Part shown: one piece after another, positions 36,418 to 49,051 of the stretch
Layout: the number at the start of each line of letters is the position of its first letter
Numbering within the stretch: the stretch's first letter is position 1
Assembly (NCBI GenBank): GCA_030324005.1
Contig: JARDVH010000001.1
Span: forward strand, 90,525,687 to 90,589,686
DNA from: Negaprion brevirostris
Taxonomy: Eukaryota
Length of the DNA stretch: 64,000 bases
Reading direction: 5' to 3'
Notes under the pieces: model-generated
Told to the model about the DNA's origin: nothing
Seen by the model: only the letters and a program-made list of their open reading frames with translations
Database searches by the model: none
Position numbers and translations under genes: made by a program

Positions 36418-36709
36418 AATCATAGAATCCCTACAGTACAGAAGGAGGCTATTTGGCCCATCAAGTGTGTACCAACCACAATCGCATCAGGCCCTACTCC
36501 AACAACCCCATTTACCCTATTAATCCCGCTGACATTGGGGTCAATTTAACATGGCCAATCAACCTAACCTGCACATCTTTGGACTGTGGGAGGAAACCAA
36601 AGCAGACATGGGGAAAAAGTGCAAACTCCACACAGACATTGACCTGAGGTCAGAATTGAATCTGGGACCCTGGCTGTGAGGCAGCAGTGCTAACCACTGT
36701 GCCATCATG
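36418..36709 (-). mobile_element. HE1-like SINE
   Basis: catagaatccctacagtacagaaggaggc...tttggactgtgggaggaaacc...gtgctaaccactgtgcca. Confidence 0.88.
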
Positions 36710-37107
36710 GTAGAGGAGGAAGCAGTATCTCACATGGTTAGGGACCTCAAACCTGAAACCAACTTTGATTGAATCACCTTGAGCACATTAATCCTTCATA
36801 ACGATTGCCAACAGATATGTATTTTGAGTGCATTGTCAGCATTGATCAGATAACCCGATATCTAGATTATTGACTGATATGGAAATTGTTAATCCTATAT
36901 TGGAGGATGCTGGTGCTAATGTGAATCAGAATGAGGAAAAGGCACAGGTGTGCGGTAGCGTAACCCACCACTAGGACTGCTGTGGCACTCAATTATGAAC
37001 AAATGCTGAGGAAAGGACTGGCAGCCAAGCCAGATATACTGATTAAACCTTTCTCTGCACTAAGTAGAATGGACTTAATTTCAGATGAATGTGCAAATCA
37101 TAACTGC

Positions 37108-37655
37108 TGTATAAGACCCTGGTCAGACCCCACTTGGAGTACTGTGCTCAGTTCTGGTCGCCTCATTCAAGAAGGATGTGGAAGCCATTGAAAGGGTGCA
37201 GAGGAGATTTACAAGGATGTTACCTGGATTGGGTGGCATGTCTTATGAGGATAGGTTGAGAGAGCTCGGTCTTTTCTCCTTAGAGAGACGAAGGATGAGA
37301 GGGAACCTGACAGAGGTGTATAAGATGATGAGAGGTATTGATCAGGTGGACTCTCAGAGCCTTTTCCCCAGGGCTGAAATGGCTGCCACAAGAGGACACA
37401 GGTTTAAGGTGCTGGGGAGTAGGTACTGAGGAGATGTCAGGGATGAGTTTTTCCACTCAGAAGGTGGTGGGTGAGTGGAATCGGCTGCCGTCGGTGGTGG
37501 TGGTGGAGGTGGAGGCAAATTCATTAGGATCTTTTAACAGACTTCTGGATGAGTACATGAGACTAAATAGGATTCAGGGTTATAGGGAAGCCTAGTAGGC
37601 AGAGATATGATTGGCACAACTTGTGGGCTGAAGGGCCTGTTTGTGCTGCTATGAT
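37108..37655 (+). mobile_element. Young 5'-truncated CR1
   Basis: YKTLVRPHLEYCAQFWSP and IERVQRRFTRMLPGL...LFSLERRRMRGNL...TRGHRFKV. Confidence 0.92.
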
Positions 37656-37823
37656 TATTATAGATAACTAGACAATATAATAAAAGGTTAACTTCAGCAG
37701 AAGCAATAATAGTGTGACTCCAACCTTTTAGTTACAGGTAAAATTTGTTGTTTACAAATTTATTCATCACATTCCCAGTCTTAGCAGGTCATATTAAATA
37801 CCTGTCATTTTCCAATTATCAGC

Positions 37824-38169
37824 TTTTTTTTCCACTCTTTCATGGAACGAGATTGCACCTGGCAAGGCCAGCATTTGTTGGTCACCCTTAATTGCCCTTG
37901 AAAAGGTCATGGTGAACTGCCACCTTGAATCAGGTATGTCCACTTTGTCATAGAAAAGGGAGTTCCAGGAATCTGACCCAGCTACAAGGAATGAATAGTG
38001 ATATACTTCCAAGGAAAGGATGCTGCATGGCTTGGGGCAAAATTTGCAGCTGTTCCATGAATCAGTTGGTAAGGTTCTCGCCAGAAGGCACCTGCACAGA
38101 GGGTGTGGAGAGTCTGCAGAAGGATCTAGATAGGCTGGGCGAATGGGCCAGGAACTGGCAAATGGAATT
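37824..38169. mobile_element. LINE 3' end (minus, 37824-38060) followed by a CR1 RT fragment (plus, ~38090-38169)
   Basis: ggcaaggccagcatttgttg..ccttaattgcccttga (tail shared with the Meta-type SINE) and EGVESLQKDLDRLGEWARNWQME. Confidence 0.7.
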
Positions 38170-38877
38170 NNNNNNNNNNNNNNNNNNNNNNNNNNNNNNN
38201 NNNNNNNNNNNNNNNNNNNNNNNNNNNNNNNNNNNNNNNNNNNNNNNNNNNNNNNNNNNNNNNNNNNNNTTTTGCTTTGCAAAGGTTGTACAATTCTTAA
38301 ATTTTGATCACTTGCAATTTATTGCATGCTCTGGTATTCTGATGATATTCTAATGTTCTTGTAATGATTTAGTCTGCTGTTTTATCTAAATTGTTTAATC
38401 TTCATTACTGGATAATTCTCCATGTTATGTCAAGACAAGAAGATGATTCTATAGAGGCACTGAATTACGCCAATGGCTAAAATAATCAGCGTAAAAGCAT
38501 CACAGAGCTAAAACTTCACTCTAAGTTTGATATATCAATATGGTTAATTTATAAAATCTTCAAAACTGGACAAATGCCTTACAATGACTGAAACCATTGC
38601 TGAATATAACTCAAACATTTCCTCATGTTCAGAACAGCTACAATCCCATTATCCCTGAAGACCTGCTAACAAACCTATGCTTGTGTAGATGAAATTCCGA
38701 AGGGATTTCACAAAGACCATTTACATTTTCAAGGCCAGAACCAGCCAATGGATACCACCTGTCTGATAGGTCAAAGGGCCCGAAAACCTCTTTTGAAATT
38801 AATAATGGCTGAAAAATGAACCATCTCAAGAATCTGGACAAAGGTATATACATCCTTCATCTAAACTAAAGTGGAGA

Positions 38878-39228
38878 AATCATAGGATCATAGAAACCTT
38901 ATAATACAGAAAGAGGCCATTCAGCCCATCAAGTCTGCACCAACCACAATCCCACCCATGCCCTACCAACATATCCCTACATATTTTACCCACTAATTCC
39001 TCTAACCTAAGCATCTCAGGGCACTAAGGGATAATTTTAGCATGGCCAATCAACATAACCTGCACATCTTTGGATTGTGGGAGGAAACCAGAGTACCTGG
39101 TGGAAACCCATGCAGACACAAGGAGAATGTGCAAACTCCACACAGACGGTGACCCAAGCCGGGAATCGAACTCAAGTCCCTGGAGCTGTGAAGTAGCAGT
39201 GCTAACCACTGTACTACCGTGACACCCC
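38878..39228 (-). mobile_element. HE1-like SINE, full length
   Basis: CR1-type tail aatcataggatcatagaa, V-domain, and head gggaatcgaac...gtgctaaccactgt. Confidence 0.9.
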
Positions 39229-40470
39229 TATGGGAGTCATATCACATGACCTCCTCTCCTCCCTCACCACACCCCCCCCCCCCTCCCCCAGCTGGGANNN
39301 NNNNNNNNNNNNNNNNNNNNNNNNNNNNNNNNNNNNNNNNNNNNNNNNNNNNNNNNNNNNNNNNNNNNNNNNNNNNNNNNNNNNNNNNNNNNNNNNNCAG
39401 TTGTCCTGCCTTGTGGAACTGTGAAGGCAGTCAGCCATCTTCATCAAACAAACAGCAGCAGACCCAGAGCTCTTGTTGCTTTGCCCTCATCTCCACGGTT
39501 TCTATGATCACTTCTGGACTTCTCTACCAGCACCTACAAGACTACATTATCCCTTTGTGCCTATTTTATTGAGGAAATCAAATGGAAAAGTCTTCAACCT
39601 GTTGGCTGGAACTCTACCGTCTCACCTGCTATGGAATTGGCACGGGCAAAGGTCTGACAATAGAAATCTTTGTTGGCCTTCGGCAGGAATTTCTGGTCTT
39701 GTCCAAGCAAGACCATAAAATTCCATTCATTCTCTCTGTGAAAGAGTACACCATTAGACTTTGAATCTGAACTCACATGATACAATGATGCTTAGGTGGG
39801 ATTTTATGGCCTTGTTTGTCCCAAAACTGCAAAATCCCGCCCGTGGTGGGTGAGTGGAGTGGTAAAATTCCAGTCATCATCTTCTCTGTGGTCTTTGATC
39901 TATACCTTTTTCTTTTCCTCATCCTTCTTTCATTGTATAAGTGTACCGAGGGTCTACGGAGGATACTCCATCCTGCATTTTGAGTGTGTATAGAGTAAAC
40001 TAACCCCATTTAGTTCACCCTATCTTTAGTTCGCTGTGGGGTCACCAGTAGAAATTGGATCACACCAAAATAAAGAGGAAATTAAAAACCACAAGCACCA
40101 TTCAGTTTATGGATGGATGAGAGGAGAAATCAGGGCTGTTTAAATTAAACCACTTCATCTCGCAGTTATCTTGAACATGTGACCTAAGGTTTACCTGGAT
40201 ACCAGGACTGGTCAAGATATTCTTATGTGTATAATGAGTTGAGATTCATGTAGATGGGCAATCTAATATATAAGAGCTGAAAGCCTAGGCTAAGAAGGGC
40301 AGCAAAGGCTCAAAAATATAACCATTTTACTTAATCCTTCTCAACCAAATATCTTGGCAACCTGTTTGAGCTGTTGACCACCCTTTGTGTAAAAATATTT
40401 CTTACTGTCTATTCTAAACTTGAAGTTAGTTGCTGGCTAATTCAGGCATATAACCTGTGTTGACGTACTA

Positions 40471-40842
40471 CACTGCTAGGAAAACTGAATACATTGCCAG
40501 GGAAATTGGATTCTGTGGACACAGACTCACAAGACTACCAAGATAATCAGACAGTACAGATGCATAATAAATGCTGCCAAGAAAGTCAGACTTTTACACC
40601 TACCTCAACATAAGGGAAATTGAATACGATGGATACATAAACCTAATGGAGTGCCAAATAAATCATAACTGCAGTTGCAAAGATCTCTGACGCTGCCAGG
40701 AAAATCAGATACTGAGGATAGATAAGCCCCTAGGACTACCAGGATAATAAGAGTAATGAGACAAAGCAAATGCACAAAGTGACTGGATTGCCAGGATACG
40801 AGACTCATTAACCCACTAGACTGCTGAGGAATTTGGATGCAA
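40471..40842 (+). repeat. Highly decayed ~40 bp tandem repeat (~9-10 units)
   Basis: The motif (c/t)t(g/a)cca(g/a)ga(a/t)a(a/g)tcaga recurs at about 40495, 40536, 40575, 40610, 40652, 40694, 40737, 40789 and 40822. Confidence 0.6.
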
Positions 40843-42259
40843 TACCAAACCAAATATCTACCTGACAACTTCTGCCTTTCATTTAGAAGGAATCAAAGCA
40901 CAATAAAAGTGTGCATGTATCTGGACAAATGACCAGATCTGTCAAATCCCACAACTGCATGGAAATAAATTAATTTTCTTATAGCAGTGAATATGTCCAG
41001 TCCTGATTCACACAAATAAGTTAACTCAAGTTTACTTCAATTGTGATTAATAAGTGTTTTCTAAACTGGTCCATAGTCAGAATTATGTGAAAATTTTCCC
41101 GGACAAAAAGTGAGATGTGAGCTACTTTTTCTTTCGAAACTTTAAAATCATAAAGAAAGTTTGTATCCCGACTTTGGGTTCAAATGTCAGAGGTTAACTG
41201 ACGCACCATTCTCCTATCTCCCTGAAGTCTGTACAGAAATTTTAGCCTGGAGTTAAATGCTATTTATATTCATACACAGAGAGAAAAAAAACTTCAGTTA
41301 AATTTTAATTGAGTACAATGGTAATTTTTCTCCTTTCGTCAACGGGCTAATGTGAAAAAAATGTATTCTGTGACTCTCTTGACGGTTCAATTGATAATCA
41401 CAACAGTTGGTCTGGTACTGAAATATACACAGTTCACAGGGCCTAATTTGATCAATGGTTATGCCATTAGATCAATCTCAGGTGAGACATTGCTTGGCCG
41501 ACTAGCACAGAGAAATTAGCAAGGTTTCCTACTCTTGATTGCTGTACTCTGATGTTCATGGCTAGACATCAAACAAATGTACAGGCCCATCAATGTACAG
41601 AATTCAGCTCTTATGTGGAAGGGAGGGGGAGGGGGATAATAAAAATAGAAAATGAAACCTGCACCTTAGTATTCAATAGAGACCTTCATTTCATGAAATA
41701 AAATCAACATGGCATTTTTGTCCAAGTTAAGTTTACAATTTTTGCAGCAATAAATACTATCATTAATTCTTACTACTGACACAACAACACATTAAAATCT
41801 CGCTATGAATGGTCAACAATTTTCCCGAATAAGAAACAAAACAAACTGAGATTGGAAGACTTACACTACAGTTGAATTTCATGTTAATTCCTGTCGTTTA
41901 CATTTGTAATTTTTGAATGCACTCACATCAGATTTTCATTTATATTTAACCTGCATTTGGCAAACCTGAGAATCATTTCTCCTTTATAATGCAGCCACAT
42001 GCATGTGACTTTCTGCTCAAATTTGCAGGCACATGGTGTAGAAATTGAACATTGTTCTGGACATTTATGGGATCAGTGTCCAGATTCCAAGAATGTCTGA
42101 AAGACATTTCACCCCATGTTAGGGTAGGCGACTTTCAAGTCAGGCATGGCCTATTAAAACAGGTATTAGGGGTATTGCTTATGGTGAAGAGGAGCTTGAT
42201 CTTGGCTTTGGGGCCACTTTGGGAAATTGGTGTTAGGCTGCTTAGGCTTTGCTGGCTAA

Positions 42260-42547
42260 ATTTTTTTTATTCATTCAAGGGATATGGATGTTACTGGCTA
42301 GCCAGCATTTATTGCCTATCCCCAGTTGCCCTTGAGAAGGTGATGGTGAGCTGCCTTCTTGAATCACTGCAGTCCATGTGCTGTGGGTTGACCCATAATG
42401 CCATGAGGAATTCCAGGATTTTGATCCAGCAACTGCGAAAGAACAGCAATATATTTCCAATCAGAATGCTGAGTGGCTTGGCGGGAACATGCAGGTGGTG
42501 GTGTTCCCATTTATCTGCTGTCCTTGTCTTTCTAGATGGGAGTGGTT
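42260..42547 (-). mobile_element. LINE 3' end sharing its tail with the Meta-type SINE
   Basis: ttttttattcattcaagggat.tggatgt.actggctagccagcatttattgcctatccc.agttgcc is the reverse of the tail at ~9655-9724. It continues into LINE-body sequence rather than SINE core. Confidence 0.75.
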
Positions 42548-43799
42548 NNNNNNNNNNNNNNNNNNNNNNNNNNNNNNNNNNNNNNNNNNNNNNNNNNNNN
42601 NNNNNNNNNNNNNNNNNNNNNNNNNNNNNNNNNNNNNNNNNNNNNNNNNNNNNNNNNNNNNNNNNNNNNNNNNNNNNNNNNNNNNNNNNNNNNNNNNNNN
42701 NNNNNNNNNNNNNNNNNNNNNNNNNNNNNNNNNNNNNNNNNNNNNNNNNNNNNNNNNNNNNNNNNNNNNNNNNNNNNNNNNNNNNNNNNNNNNNNNNNNN
42801 NNNNNNNNNNNNNNNNNNNNNNNNNNNNNNNNNNNNNNNNNNNNNNNNNNNNNNNNNNNNNNNNNNNNNNNNNNNNNNNNNNNNNNNNNNNNNNNNNNNN
42901 NNNNNNNNNNNNNNNNNNNNNNNNNNNNNNNNNNNNNNNNNNNNNNNNNNNNNNNNNNNNNNNNNNNNNCATTCGTAGACACGCAGGGTAGAATAGGTGT
43001 AGGGTGATGGCGGCGCAGGCTCGTTGGGCCGAAGGGCCTGTTTCCCTTGCTGGGTTGTTCTTTGTTCTTTGTAAAACTAATATTAAGTACCTGGATGAGC
43101 ACTTGGCATGTCATAACATTCAAGGTTAAGGACCATGTGCTGGTAGATGGGATTAGGTGGGAGTTCAGGTGTTTCTCGCATGAAATTCACTCCTATAGAA
43201 GAGTGAGATATCTGAGGAAGTGTGACAAGTGCTGGTAGCTCTTCCACATTAATTGAATAAGGCATGAGTCCCAGTTTTGGGGCCATCTTCCTTTTTGGGC
43301 ACACATTCCAACCACATCATTACCTTTGGTTCAAAAGTGTTCATCAATTAATTTTTCCTCCTGCCAAATGTTTGCAGATACCAAAACTTAGCTCTCAGTA
43401 TTTTAAAAAAATCTGGCAAATAAACCATGTTCTATTTTTAAATACAGCTTATTTATATTCTTTGTAAAAGCATTTGGAAACAATTGTGGTTAGTTTCATT
43501 CATGGTGATAAATAATTTGAATTGATTTTCCTCTGCACATGATCTTGAAGTAACCATCAGTCAGTAATTGGAAACAGAAAATAGCAATCTGAAGAGAAAA
43601 ATACTAAATGCAGCATGTGCCAAAACTAATTATATTGGTTGAAGTTGATAATCCTTCCTCATTAACTCCAGTGGGTTTTCCTGTAAGAAGCTTATTGTTT
43701 CATTTAAATTATATTTCTCTTCTTCCCACACCTGCTACAATGTTCCTGTCCCTTCCCAGTGGGGCCAACTAATGGTGGGATAAAATTCCTCTAGTTCCA

Positions 43800-44060
43800 T
43801 ATTAAATGGTCATACTTTATCTCTTTCACCCAGGCAGTGACTATTGGCAAGTTATTGGTCCTGGGGGCAGATACTGCAGTGAACCTAATTCTGCTTTCAC
43901 CTGTTACCATAGATGCGCAGGATGGGTGACTAAACAGCCAGATCATGTGCAAGATGATTGGAAATGGCTGACTTTCAAACCCCTGGCCTAGGGACACTAC
44001 TGCCTGCAGCACTGCACCTTCATCTGCCCTGGCTGTGATCAACTATATGGGCACAGATTT
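43800..44060 (-). mobile_element. Ancient SINE remnant (LF-SINE-like)
   Basis: Minus strand tagttgatcacagccagggcag...gtgtccctaggccagggg...tcagcca resembles a recalled ancient chondrichthyan/LF-type SINE core. It is very diverged. Confidence 0.35.
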
Positions 44061-47000
44061 CCTGTGCTGCTTCCTAATATTGCTGTACATCAAGTTTAAA
44101 TTTGAAATAGAATTATACTTTAGGTAGGTTATCAATTCCTTGCTGATTTGTGTCATTAACCTGTTTCAGTTGCTCAGATATTTTTAAAATTACATTTACA
44201 GCAAATCATCAACAAGCTCAGGTATCACTTGTAAAATCTCTAAAGCATAGCTAAAAATTTATGTGATTATATTTTTGAAACTTCAGTCATATAATGGCAT
44301 GCAGAACTTCATCACTTAAATATAAATTGGCACCTTCTGGGCAACAGCTGGTTGGATTGTAGTGGAGAAATAAAATTAAATCAACTGCAAGAAAACGGGG
44401 GAATAATTAAAATTGTTGTTAGGCTTTGCGTGCAGTTTGGTGAGTTTTAAGGTATTTATAGCCTTAGGTAGTTCAACAATAAGTATTTACTAACCGCCGG
44501 AGACTATACCCATAGGTACATTAAAGATCCAAGCTAAAAAATGTCTCCATGCTTAATTCTACATATGGCTCTATCCAACATTACACTGGCCTTTAGATGA
44601 TCTCTTACATTACAGTGTGGAGGCCCTATACTTTATTGTTATTTATTAGTCTTTATTCAACATATTTACAGGTTATCCCAGTTACCCTAATGCATATATA
44701 TCATTACCCCATCTCCCCACATCAAGTCTCTGTGTACATATGTTCAGGAGGGCTTATAACCCTTCCATATCTTGTTCTCACTACTGTCAGACGAGTGGTA
44801 GGCTCTGTTGCTAAGCTTTGTTGAATTGGATGTTTTTCTGGCATCAGGATGTCTTTTCATCCTCTTTTTCCATTCTTTGTTAATGGATCGCTCTTTGTCG
44901 AGTTCTACCAATGGTAGAGAAGGAATTCACAAGAGAAAAGCTCCAAAGAAAGACTAGGAAGCTGAAGACTGAAATTAAATTCCTTATTGCAGCAAGAATG
45001 GTGATTGGTTAATCCTACTCTTAACAAGGGGGGCAGAGTCAGCCTCATCTCTAGAGAGTCTTTTTTTCCCTCATGTTACTCACTGTGACACACCTGGGAT
45101 GGAAAATAGCTCTTTCTGTTTGGAGGGTGCGATTTGATAGTAAGCTCACTTTTGCATTTGGCTGTGTGGTGTCCTGTCAGCAATGGGTGACTGCCCTCTA
45201 TTCCAGCATCGTTATGGCACTGACATGTAGGCCAAGGATTTGCCCTGTTTGCCTTAGCATTTAATTTTTTTTTAGGATTCTGCCTGTATTGACTGGTTAT
45301 AATCGTTCCCATTTTCGTGCAATNNNNNNNNNNNNNNNNNNNNNNNNNNNNNNNNNNNNNNNNNNNNNNNNNNNNNNNNNNNNNNNNNNNNNNNNNNNNN
45401 NNNNNNNNNNNNNNNNNNNNNNNNNNNNNNNNNNNNNNNNNNNNNNNNNNNNNNNNNNNNNNNNNNNNNNNNNNNNNNNNNNNNNNNNNNNNNNNNNNNN
45501 NNNNNNNNNNNNNNNNNNNNNNNNNNNNNNNNNNNNNNNNNNNNNNNNNNNNNNNNNNNNNNNNNNNNNNNNNNNNNNNNNNNNNNNNNNNNNNNNNNNN
45601 NNNNNNNNNNNNNNNNNNNNNNNNNNNNNNNNNNNNNNNNNNNNNNNNNNNNNNNNNNNNNNNNNNNNNNNNNNNNNNNNNNNNNNNNNNNNNNNNNNNN
45701 NNNNNNNNNNNNNNNNNNNNNNNNNNNNNNNNNNNNNNNNNNNNNNNNNNNNNNNNNNNNNNNNNNNNNNNNNNNNNNNNNNNNNNNNNNNNNNNNNNNN
45801 NNNNNNNNNNNNNNNNNNNNNNNNNNNNNNNNNNNNNNNNNNNNNNNNNNNNNNNNNNNNNNNNNNNNNNNNNNNNNNNNNNNNNNNNNNNNNNNNNNNN
45901 NNNNNNNNNNNNNNNNNNNNNNNNNNNNNNNNNNNNNNNNNNNNNNNNNNNNNNNNNNNNNNNNNNNNNNNNNNNNNNNNNNNNNNNNNNNNNNNNNNNN
46001 NNNNNNNNNNNNNNNNNNNNNNNNNNNNNNNNNNNNNNNNNNNNNNNNNNNNNNNNNNNNNNNNNNNNNNNNNNNNNNNNNNNNNNNNNNNNNNNNNNNN
46101 NNNNNNNNNNNNNNNNNNNNNNNNNNNNNNNNNNNNNNNNNNNNNNNNNNNNNNNNNNNNNNNNNNNNNNNNNNNNNNNNNNNNNNNNNNNNNNNNNNNN
46201 NNNNNNNNNNNNNNNNNNAACTGATTTTCTCTTGCAGTTAAAGGTTCTGTCATGTATGGATGCATGGCCGAACTATTAATTGGTTTGTGGCCCAGGGGCT
46301 CTGAAGTCTTCCAGTGGTGTTGGAATTGACCATTAAGTTCATCTTTATTGGCACAAGAGTAGATTGGAAGCACAAAGAAAAAGTTTTCCAGCAAGTGACA
46401 CAGCTCTCATGCTGCCCCTACTGAACCAGAACTCTGGAATTCCAGAAATGTTCCGCCAATATATTTTAGAGCATTGATTTCCAGTTTTTATCCAGTTAAC
46501 ATCACTCTTTTTACCATGTTTTCTCTCCTTTCTAACAGTGGGTGTTTTTGTCCACAGATGAAGTTTTTCTCCTGGGGAAAGGAGAATGGCAGCTGTGTGC
46601 TCAAGGACCTGAACTGACTCCTCAATCTTTGTGAGTTTGTACATTAAATGGGCCAACGTTAGGCAGCAGCTCATTTATTGTGGCACAGCTTGGCCTTGCC
46701 TGCTTTCAGCTGCTGGTGGCATAGTGACTGATACCTCTTGAAATGGAGCCATCTGGATGAAAAGCATGAATATTCCAGTCTTCCGCTTCTCCCAACACCA
46801 CAGCCATTTCGTACACAGAGCTCAATGTTTGATAGGTAAAACATTGACCAAGGTGATCACTATTTGCCTCAAGATTTGAGCAATGTTTTCAGTATGCCTA
46901 ACTATTTAGACAGCTACAGTGCAGTTGGGGCAGTGGTAGGTGAGGGGAGAGATTTATATTGCAGCTGTACCTGCACTCATAAGATTGTCAAAACAGATTC

Positions 47001-48245
47001 AGTAATAAGGGGATGTATTTCAGGTGACTTTAGACATGCCACTTGCTCTAAGGGTACCTGCCTACTTTTGAAACCTCATGTATCAGAATCTCACATATAC
47101 AGAAGATGGACAGTTCCAAACTGGCCATAACTTCCCAATATAGCCCCTTTAAGGGAAGGGATCGTGTGACTAAGTATGTGGGTGAGCTGGTTGGGAACGG
47201 CCCTGAGTGAACAGTCAACGTTTAAAGTGTGGAGTGAGTAGGCCGAATAAAGATCTGTGTTCCCTAACACCTGCCAGTGAAGTAGTTCTTGAGGAGTCAC
47301 CTTGGTATTAAGAAATTTAACAATGCCCACATCATAAAAAGAATAATAAAAAAATGTAAGAAATGAACAGATTTTAAGTAAGTGTAGAATCAAGGGAAGA
47401 GACTGACAAAATGGAAAGGTCTGAAATAAGCTGAAGGGCAGCAGGTATTAAATGACAATTGTTCTGCTGAGAGAAGGTATAAAATTGGAGTGAAAACAGG
47501 ATAAGAAACAAAGGATAGATCCAGTGTAGGTACAAATGAAATGACACATTAACAGATAGGCAGGGAAGCAGGAATATATGGCAAACAGCAGACAACTCCC
47601 ATGACGTGGTCGAAGAACTTCAGGGAAGTATATCAATGTTTGATGCCAGTCAGAATCATCTGTTTATCAAAAGAAATTAATTGCAAGTTCAGCTCTATAT
47701 GGTATAACACAATTGGAAACAATAGACAGGGAAAAATGACAAGTGGAAGAACTGTATTTTTAGAGCTAACATAATGGAAGTAGAAAAAAGAATAGGCAGC
47801 TATCTCTAAGTCAGAAATAGGATCCACATAGGTAGAGTTAAAACATGACAAAGGTTTGTTCGTATGATGAGAGATAGTTTACAGGCCATCTAATAGTGGA
47901 ATGGTGGTAAAGGAAGAAATAGGCAAATAAATTAAAGAAATTAGTAAAAGATTTAGACTGCTAATCAAAGCAAAATTCAACTAGCCCAAAATTAATTGGC
48001 AGGAAGATAAGGGGAATAAATGAATGAAAAATCAGGCACAGATCAGGTAGACATGACATCAGAAGATGAGATCAGAAAAAAGGCAAGATGTGTTAAATCA
48101 ACTAATCAAACTCAAAGAGGATAAAACCCTGGTTCAGAAGATTGTATCCAAACATTTCAAAACAATCTGGGAGCAAGATAGCAAAGACTATCTATATGTA
48201 ATTTACATAATTATTATCATGAAATATATATATGTTAGAAAAAAA

Positions 48246-48540
48246 GGAGCATCATGGTGTCACAATGGCTAGTACTGCTTTCATGTGTTCGATTCTGGCA
48301 TCGAGTGATTGTGTGAAGTTTGTACATTCTCTCTGTGTCTGCATAGGTTTCCTCCAGGTGTTCCTATTTCTTCCTACAGTCTAAAGATGTGCAGGTTAGG
48401 TGGATTGGTCATGGTAAATGTGCGTGTTTACAGGGATATGCAGAGGGGAGGGCCTGGGTAGGTTGCTTGTTCAGAGAGTTGGCACAGACTTGATGGGCCA
48501 GATGGCCTCTTTCTGCTCTTTGGGGGGTCTGTGGTTCTAA
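48246..48540 (+). mobile_element. HE1-like SINE
   Basis: V-domain ggtttcctccaggtg.tcc..tttc.tcc.acagtc.aaagatgtgcaggttagg and a CR1-type tail. Confidence 0.85.
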
Positions 48541-48917
48541 GGTGTTGTGTCAGACAACTGGAAAATAGCTAACATAATACTTATATTTAAGAAACGAAAT
48601 AGAACATTTCCTGAATTGATCAGTCCACTTAATATTTCTGGGAGGAAAAATAATGGCATTCCTAATTAATGAGAAAATAGAAGGGTATTTAGATATCAGA
48701 AATGTAATAATGAATAATCAACATGGATTTCAAAAGGGAAAGTCCTTTTTCAACCTCCTTGAGTTCTTTGAAGGGGTAACTTAGAGAGTTGATAAGGCTA
48801 ATATATTCAATGTAATTTAGCTAGATTTCAACAAGATCTTTGCTTAAGTGCCATATTGCAGATTAATGAATAAGGTTAGGGTATGTAGAGTTCGGGGACA
48901 AGTAGCAGAATGAATAG

Positions 48918-49051
48918 CTTTGAAAGGGTCATTTGGAGTTCAAATGTCAGCTGTTTTCTCTCCTTACAGATGCTGCCAGACCTGCTGAGATTTTCCAGTA
49001 TTTTCTCTTTTGGTTTCAGATTCCAGCATTCATAGTGATTTTCTTTTATTA
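48918..49051 (+). mobile_element. Penelope-derived short insertion with a 15-bp target-site duplication
   Basis: TAGCAGAATGAATAG occurs at 48903-48917 and again at 49052-49066. The body is acagatgctgccagacctgctgagattttccag...cagattccagca. Confidence 0.8.

Noticed and set aside
4850-37655. Highly similar inverted CR1 ends at 4850-5246 and 37108-37655 as a structural inversion signal
   Set aside because: Independent insertions of one abundant young subfamily explain this, and there is no shared flanking sequence.
40471-40842. CRISPR-like repeat-spacer array
   Set aside because: The DNA is vertebrate, the repeats are far too divergent, the spacers are related to each other, and there are no cas genes. 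It is treated as a decayed minisatellite.
45289-46394. Long ORFs of 100-365 aa in the track (also 3996-4473, 5212-6061, 42052-43123, 53302-54055)
   Set aside because: They consist mostly of X residues translated from N gaps.
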